From the NCBI RefSeq assembly GCF_009914755.1, contig NC_060928.1: a stretch of 64,000 bases of DNA. The stretch is one strand, 5' to 3'. This DNA is from the human T2T-CHM13v2.0 reference genome, Homo sapiens. Below are positions 54,869 through 64,000 of the stretch, in pieces; position 1 is the stretch's first letter; every line of letters starts with the position of its first letter. The notes beneath the pieces were generated by a model that saw nothing but the letters and a program-made list of their open reading frames with translations, was not told the DNA's origin and made no database searches. A program made the translations under genes and the position numbers.

Positions 54869-57800
54869 ATGACGGGATCAAATTCACACATAATATTACC
54901 CTTAAAGGTAAACGAGCTAAATGCCCCAGTTAGAAGACACAGACTGGCAAATTGGATAAAGAGTCAAGACCCATCAGTGTGTTGTGTTCAGGAGACCCAT
55001 CTCACATGCAAAGACACACATAGGCTCAAAATAAAGGGATGGAGGAATATTTACCAAGCAAATGGAAAGCAAAAAAAAGGCAGGAGTTGCAATCCTAATC
55101 TGTGATAAAACACACTTTAAACCAACAAAGAACGAAAGAGAAAAAGCCATTACATAATGGTAAAGGGATCAATGCAGCAAGGAGAGCTAACTATCCTAAA
55201 TATATATGCACCCAACACAGGAGCACCAGATTCATAAAGCAAGTTCTTAGACACCTACAAAGAGACTTAGACTCCCACACAATAATAGTGGGAGATTTTG
55301 ACAACCCACTGTCAGTATTAGATCAACAAGACAGAAAATTAACAAGGATATTCAGGACTTGAACTCAGCTCTGGACCAAGCGGAACTAATAGACATCTAC
55401 TGAACTCTCCACCCCAAATCAACAGAATGTACATTCTTCTCAGCACGTATCACACTTATTCTAAAACTGACCAAATAATTGGAAGTAAAACACTCCTCAG
55501 CCAATGCAAAAGAACAGAAATCATAACAAACTGTCTCTCAGACCACAGTGTAATCAAATTAGAACTCAGGATTACAAAACTCACTCAAAACCACACAACT
55601 ACATGGAAACTGAACAAACTGCTCCTGAATGACTACTGGGTAAATAATGAAAGAAGGCAGAAATAAAGGTGTTCTTTAAAATCAATGAGAATGAAGACAC
55701 AACATACCAGAATCTCTGGGACATATTTAAAGCAGTGTGTAGAGGGAAATTTATAGCACTAAATGCCCACAAGAGAGTGTAGGAAAGATCTAAAACTGAC
55801 ACCCTAACATCAAAATTAAAAGAATTAGAGAAGCAACAGCAAACAAATTCAAAAGCTAGCAGAAGACAACAAATAACTAAGATCAGAGCAGAACTGAAGG
55901 AGACAGAGACATGAAAAAACTTTCAAAAAATTCCAGGAGCTGGCTTTTTGAAAAGATCAACAAAATAGACCACTAGCCAGACTAATAAAGCAGGAAAGAG
56001 AAAAGAATCAAATAGACACAATAAAAAGTGATACAGGGGATATCACCACTGATCCCACAGAAATACAAACTACTATCGGAGAATACTATAAACACCTCTA
56101 TGCAAATAAACTAGAAAATCTAGAAGAAATGGATAAATTCCTGGACACATATACCCTCCCAAGTCTAAGCCAGGAAGAAGTCAAACCTCTGAATAAACCA
56201 ATAACAAGTTCTGAAATTGAGGCAGTAATTAATAGCCTACCAACCAAAAAAAGTCCAGGACCAGACAGATTCATAGCCAAATTCTACCAGAGATACAAAG
56301 AGGAGCTGGTACCATTCCTTCTGAAACTATTCCAAACAAAAGAAAAAGAGGGAATCCTCCCTAACTCATTTTATGAGGCCAGCATCACCCTTTTACCAAA
56401 ACCTGGCAGAGACACAACAAAAAAAGAAAATTTAGGGCCAGTATCTCTGATGAACATCGATGCAAAAATCCTCAATAAAATACTGGCAAACCAAATCCAG
56501 CAGCACATCAAAAAGCTTATCCACCACAATCAAGTCAGCTTTATACCTGGGATGCAAGGCTGGTTCAACATATGTGAATCAATAAACATAATCTATCACA
56601 TAAACAGAACAAATGACAAAAACCACATGATTATCTCAATAGATGCAAAAAAGGCCTTTGACAAAATTCAACACCCATTCATGCTAACAACTCTCAATAA
56701 ACTAGGTATCAATGAAATGTATATCAAAATAATAAGAGCTATTTATGACAAACCCACAGCCAATATCATACTGAATGGGCAAAAACTGGAAGCATTCCCT
56801 TTGAAAATGGGCACAAGACAAGGATGCCCTCTCTCATCACTCCTATTCAACATAGTATTGGAAGTTCTGGCCAGGGCAATGAGGCAAGAGAAAGAAATAA
56901 AGGGAATTCGAATAGGAACAGAGGAAGTCAAATTGTCTCTGTTTGCAGATGGCATGATTGTATATTTAGAAAACCCCATCATCTCAGCCCAAAATCTCCT
57001 TAAACTGATAAGCAACTTCAGCAAAGTCACAGGATATAAAATCAATGTGCAAAAATCACAAGCATTCCTATACACCAGTAACAGACAAACAGCCAAATCA
57101 TGAGTGAACTCCCATTCACAATTGCTACTAAGATAATAAAATACCTAGGAATACAACTTACAAGGGATGTGAAGGACCTCTTCAAGAAGAACTACAAACC
57201 ACTGCTCAAGGAAATAAGAGAGGACACAAACAAATGGAAAAACATTCCATGCTCATGAATAGGAAGAATCATTATCGTGAAAATGGCCATACTACCCAAA
57301 GTAATTTATAGATACAATGCTATCCCCATCAAGCTACCATGGACTTTCTTCACAGCATTGCAAAAAACTACTTTAAACTTCATGTGGAAACAAAAATAGC
57401 CCAAATAGCAACACAATCCTGGGCAAGAAAGAATAAAGCTGGAGGCATCATGCTACCTGACTTCAAACTATACTACAAGGCTACAGTAACCAAAACAGCA
57501 TGTTACTGTTACCAAAACAGATATATAGACCAATAGAACAGAACACAGGCCTCAGAAATAACACCACACATCTACAACCATCTGATCTTTGACAATCCTG
57601 ACACAAACAAGCAATGGGGAAAACATTCCCTATTTAATGAATGGTGTTGGGAAAACTGGCTAGCCATATGCAGAAAACTGAAACTGGACCCCTTCCTTAC
57701 ACCTTATACAAAAAATGGATCAAAGACTTAAACGTAAGACCTAGGACCATAAAAATTCTAGAAGAAAACCTGGGCAATACCATTCAGGACACAGGCATGG

Positions 57801-58656
57801 GCAAACACTTCATGTCTAAAACACAGAAAGCAATGGCAACAAAAGCCAAAATTGACAAATGGGATCTAATGAAACTAAAGAGCTTCTGCACAGCAAAAGA
57901 AACTATTATCAGAGTGAACAGGCAGCCTACGGAATGGGAGAAAATTTTTGCAATCTATCCATCTGACAAAGGGCTAATATCCAGAATCTACAAAGAACTT
58001 AAACAAATGTACAAGAAAAAAGCAAACAACCCCATCAAAAAGTGGCAAAGGATATGAACAGACATTTCTCAAAAGAAGACATTTATGCAGCCAACAGACA
58101 TATGAAAAAATGCTCATCATCACTGGTCATTAGAGAAATGCAAATTAAAACCACAGTGAGATACCATCTCACACCAGTTAGAATGGTGATCATTAAAAAG
58201 TCAGAAAACAACAGATGCTGGAGAGGATGTGGAGAAATAGGAATGCTTTTACACTATTGGTGAGAGTGTAAATTAGTTCAATCATTGTGGAAGACAGTGT
58301 GGCGATTCCTCAAGGATCTAGAACTAGAAATACCATTTGACCCAGCAATCCCATTACTGGGTATATACCCAAAGGATTATAAATCATTCTACTATAAAGA
58401 CACATGCACACATATGTTTATTGCGGTGTGGTTCACAATAGCAAAGACTTGGAATCAACCCAAATGTTCATCAATGATAGACTGGATAAAGAAAATGTGG
58501 TACATATACACCATGGAATACTATGCAGCCATAAAAAAGGATGAGTCCATGTCCTTTGCAGAGACATGGATGAAGCTGGAAACCATCATTCTCAGCAAAC
58601 TATCACAAGAACAGAAAACCAAACACCGCATGTTCTCACTTATAAGTGGGAGTTGA
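54869..58656 (+). pseudogene. L1 ORF2p remnant (EN/RT/C domain, disrupted)
   Basis: [33 protein letters not shown] (FADD altered) and [13 protein letters not shown] motifs spread over many frames; longest piece 56129-57103. Confidence 0.95.
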
Positions 58657-58889
58657 ACAATGAGAACACATGGACACAGAGAAGGGAACATCACACACCA
58701 GGGCCTGTCAGGGGGTGGGGGGCAAGGAGAGGGATAGCATTAGGAGAAATACCTAATGTAGGTGACGGGTTGATAGGTGCAGCAAACCACCATGGCATGT
58801 GTATACCTATGCAACAAAACTGCACGTTCTCCACATGTATCCTAGAACATAAAGTATAATAAAAAAAAGAAAAAAAAGAAATTATCCTT

Positions 58890-59110
58890 AATTCTACTGA
58901 ATGTAATAGTATCGTTAGGATTACATTAAAACTTTTATTTTAAAAATTCATGATGAAGGAATTTTTGTGATCAAATGATAGGATTCTGAAATAGGATTAT
59001 CAAAATGTTGATAGTTGGTAAAGCTGGTAATAGGTATCTGGGGGCTTGTTATGCTATTATCTGTACTTTTGAGCATGTATGAAAGTTTTCACAATAAGCT
59101 CTTTTTAAAA
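58890..59110 (+). mobile_element. Ancient L1ME-type 3' end, the host of the full-length L1; upstream parts at ~50880-51125 and 51975-52472
   Basis: caaaatgttgatagttggtaaagctggtaataggta...gttatgctattatctgtacttttg...gaaagttttcacaataa. Confidence 0.6.
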
Positions 59111-60162
59111 ATCACTACTGCCTACACTAGACTTCTTCACCTTATAGAGAAGTACACCCTCTTCATCTAGAGATCAGCTTTAAGTGGCCTCAGCCAGCCC
59201 TGAAAAAAAAAAAAACCCAAAACCTAGAAATAAACAAAGATAAATTACCTTTATGCTCCAGAAGTCGCTGTAACAAGACTCTGCTAAAGCCATGAATCTT
59301 ACCTTGTTTAATATCATTCAGACTTATTTAATGTACACTTCTATAAAAGCTGGCTTGCATAGTTTCTCATTCCAGATCTTATCTAGTAAAGGAAGACTGC
59401 TGGAAGTGGGTACAGTGACAGCAGGAAAAATCACATCTTATAGCCTGACATTTGGAGAACCAAAAAAGTATAAAAGAATTGGATCAACACATTATACAAT
59501 GGTGGATTATTGATTAATTCATCAGTAATAACACTGTTAGCCTTTATAGAGCATTTATGTGTCAGTTACCCTTCCAATTTCTTTACTTATATTAATGCTG
59601 TTAATCCACAGGGAAATCCACGAATTGACATTGTTGGATTCTATATTTTACAGATAAGGGAGCACACTGGAGCACAGAGGGGTTAAGTAACTTGGCTGAG
59701 GTCACAGAGCAGAGAGCTTCTGCTCTGAACCACTGTCGGTGCATCCATATTAATAAAAGTTAAACTACATTCAATGTCCTTTATTTAAGACATATATTGG
59801 GATGAAATGAAAGTATAAAAGGCAATTTAGGCATTTGTTTTCTATTGAAATTTGTTTTAAAGAGTTTTTAAGATATCTAAAGGGATAAATGGGCTATTTG
59901 GAAATCTCCCTGAAGAACGCATGTATGGGAGAAATAGCATAGACTTTGAAGTTAGAGGAGACCTGGGGTCAGATTCCTCGGCAAGTTACTTGACCTCTCT
60001 CACTCTCAGATCTCTTGGCTTTAAAGTGGAGGTAGTGCATCACAATGTGGTTCTAAAGATCAAATGAGTGAATGGTCTAGAATTCGTTCATATTCCCCCT
60101 TCTCATGTGGAGAAGCTGGTGATGCCAAGTAGATAAATCATTACTTTAAAATAGGCAAAAGA

Positions 60163-60508
<346 letters not shown>

Positions 60509-61157
60509 TTAAGGATTAGGCACATACTGAAGAGAACACTTCATAAGCCCAGGCCTTCATAATGGATACCCATTAATGACGCTGATATCACCATTTAAAC
60601 AACACTTACTGAGCCAGCTTTCCCTCCGTCAAGTTCTCAGGCCCATGATGCACAGGCCAACCTTCCTCCTAGGCCTGTCTGCTGATTCCTCAGTTAAAAA
60701 GAAGAAAATTCCCTTGGAACAGTGGATCAGCAGGATGTATGGGCAACTCAGCTGTTTTGTAAGGCATTCCAAGCATGGCTGAAAGGCCTCAGCAGGATCT
60801 GCACACACACAGGCAGCATTGAAAGAAACCTCAGACACACTGACTAGGGCTGGCCCCCCACAAGGCAGCAGGAGAAGTGAGAGCCTGTTGTGGGCCAGGC
60901 ATTGTGCAATGTATCCAGGTCGGGGTAGGGACCGAGCCAACTGGACAGCAGCTGTGAGAACTAGGATCCACAGGCGCCAAAACAGGACTGGAGTCCAGGC
61001 TTTTAAGTATGGAGTGAGAAATCGGTCTGAGCATGGAACTTATATTTGTTATATTTTTTAAATAAATATATTTATATACCTTTATATATGTACATAAAAT
61101 ATATAAATATACATTGGTATCATTTCCACTGATATAAAGCCCTTAATATTTGCTGGC

Positions 61158-61865
61158 TTTAAGAATGGCCATAATCAAAAACTCAAAAAATAATAGATGT
61201 TGGTGTGGATGTGGTGAAAAGGGAACACTTTTACACTGCTGGTGGGAATGTAAACTTGTACAACCATTATGGAAAACAGTGTGGAGATTCCCTAAGGAAC
61301 TAAAAGTAGATCCACCATTTGATCCAGCAATGCCACTCTTGGGTACCTACCTGAGGAAAAGAAGACATTATATGAAAAAGATACTTGCACACACATATTT
61401 ATAGCAGCACAATTTGCAATTGCAAAAATATAGAACCAGACCAGATGTCCATCAATCAACAAGTGGATAAAAATGTGAGATGTACATATAATAGAATACT
61501 ACTCAGCTATAAAAAGGAATGAAATAATGGTATTTGCAGCAACCCGGGTGGAATTGGAGACCATTATCATAAGTGAAGTAACTCAGAAATGGAAAACCAA
61601 ACATCATATGTTCTCATAAGTGGGAGCTAAGTTATGAGGATGCAAAGGCATAAGAATGATACAATGGACTTTGGGAACTGGGGGGAAAGGGTGGGAGGGG
61701 GATGAAGGATAAAAGTCCACATGTTGGGTACAGTGTATACTGCTCAGGTGATGAGTTCAGGAATCTCAGAAATCACCACTGAAGAACTTATTCAATGCCA
61801 ATACCAGAACTTAACCAATACCACCTGTTCCCCAAAAACCTATCGAATTAAAAAATAAATAAAAT
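61158..61865 (+). mobile_element. L1PB1-like 3' fragment
   Basis: ORF2 C-terminus ([29 protein letters not shown]) and PB-type 3'UTR (tctcagaaatcaccactgaagaactt...ccacctgttccccaaaaacct). Confidence 0.9.
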
Positions 61866-61919
61866 TTAGAATATATTTCTCTTAAAATTTTTTTAAAAAA
61901 GAAAATTACTGGCTTAATG

Positions 61920-63385
61920 ATGGGATCATTAGTATGGTAATATTTATAAAAGCAAAAAAGACATTGGGAGAATCTAAATATTCATCAGGAAAGAAATTGA
62001 TGGTGAAAATGTGGCACATTCTTGGGATGGAATATCACAGTTATACAAAAGAATAGATTGGATTTAAACTTACTGACATAGAGCCATTGCAAAAAAAATG
62101 AATTTTAAAAGTACAAAATATGTCTCATATAATGTATGTAAATTTTAAAATAAAAAACATATAGAGGTATATTTATATATATGGAATTTGCTAATAGACT
62201 AATGGGGTATATAACAAATGTATAAAAATAGTTGCATCTTTGGAAGGAGGAGGGGAATCAGCCTGGATTTGCAGGTCAAAAGGGAATTCAACTTTATGTT
62301 ATGTTATATTTCCTTTACTTTAAAAAGATCTATTGGAAATAAGGGAGCCTGGAGGCCTGAAGCCAAAAGGAACTGTAAATAAATACAGTGCTTTTGTTGA
62401 TTAAATCATTTCCCACAAGGAGGAGACTAACAATTCTCATACAGCTATACATGTATCCTGGAATTGAACAATTAAGTAATTGGCAGAGGGCAGGATTCAG
62501 GTTTCTCACAACTGGGGTTGAATGTACAGATCAGCAACAGGAGGAGGCTAGAATGATCCATGGTAATGAGTCAAAGTTGGAGATATTTGCTTATGGAGAA
62601 CTCATGCTTAACTTAATATAGATTAAGATTAATAATTTAATATACAGTAGAGATAGAAATATTTATGGATATATGTATATACAGAGGTTAGTATATGCAC
62701 ATATAATTATTTGCTCCGTCAATAGAGGGGACCTAAAAGAAATGACAGCAAAGTAGCAACAACAACATCTAGCACCCAGATCTTGATTTCTAATAATATT
62801 CTCTAATAAAAGGAATAAGGGCTCCTTAGAGAAATGGATTATTCTGGGACTGGAGTATCTTGTAGTACCAGGAAGTAAGGAGTTCTTTTAAAAAAGGATG
62901 GAAGGGTGGTAAGTCAAAGGGCCCAGGAAGCCAACGAAAGAGCTCCCAATGGCCAAAGCTGGAAAAACTTGAGCAATAAAATAAAGTAGTATTGGATTAT
63001 AACCCAAAATCTGAATAAATATCAATGAGTCCATACTAATATAAATAAACTGTTTAATAAATTAATACATAGGGAAGAAGAGACAAGTCTTCTATGCAGA
63101 ATAATTTCAAATTATATAGATTATGTAATGATGTAGATACTCTCCTCTAAAAGAGGGGGGCATAACTCTCACCCTTTAAATGTGGGCTACACATAATGAT
63201 TTCCTTCTAACGAGTACAGTATGAAAATGAGGGGAGAGGAATAACTTGAAAGTGGAGAAAGCCAACACTGTGTTAGCCAGGTGCTCAAGGTCAGTGTCAA
63301 CACTCATAAACTATGTTGATGGTAAATATCCTTGCTATCATGAAAATGGCACTTAAATTCTGTGATCTTTCTCCCAAAAAAAAAA
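61920..63385 (+). mobile_element. Old L1M 3' region fragments (L1ME and L1MC/MD-like)
   Basis: Typical L1MC/MD 3' text (agcacccagatcttgatttctaataatattctctaataaaaggaa, aaagagctcccaatggccaaagctggaa, ccctttaaatgtgggctacacataatga). Confidence 0.7.
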
Positions 63386-63399
63386 TATATATATATATT

Positions 63400-64000
<601 letters not shown>

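Larger units (their letters stand above)
52473..58875 (+). mobile_element. Full-length (6.4 kb) inactive L1, L1PA7-like
   Basis: ~1.3-kb 5'UTR, ORF1, ORF2, G-rich 3'UTR, AATAAA and A tail; perfect 14-bp TSD aagaaattatcctt (52459-52472 / 58876-58889). Confidence 0.96.

Noticed and set aside
56129-57103. 324-aa reverse transcriptase ORF as a novel RT system
   Set aside because: It is a fragment of L1 ORF2 within a TSD-bounded L1 and has a mutated FADD motif.

Overview
Primate (most likely human) genomic DNA: AT-rich, CpG-depleted and dominated by Alu, L1, L2, MIR, MaLR LTR and hAT-Charlie repeats. The only host coding sequence I can support is one 117-nt, phase-0 exon at 1120-1236 (+), VIDLYWGVEEDEWDSPELQKTRMKLLENCLKTSAGPCFV, which I recognise as an early exon of NWD2 (KIAA1239). 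It is absent from the ORF track. The remaining ~62.7 kb appears to be a single long intron. Nearly all listed ORFs are L1/Alu debris or chance. Landmarks are a 5'-truncated L1PB (5707-8590), a full-length but dead L1PA7-like element with a 14-bp TSD (52473-58875), about 14 Alus and several MST/MLT solo LTRs. The most unusual structure is a 304-bp, ~98%-identical inverted duplication (40042-40345 / 40580-40883) around a 234-bp spacer; it captures half of a truncated Alu and has a fold-back hairpin at its inner junction. Several smaller template-switch scars are also visible (8391-8427, 27051-27123, 38851-38988, 63397-63421). I find no evidence for a novel multi-gene system. Repeat subfamily names come from remembered consensus features, and boundaries without a stated TSD are approximate.
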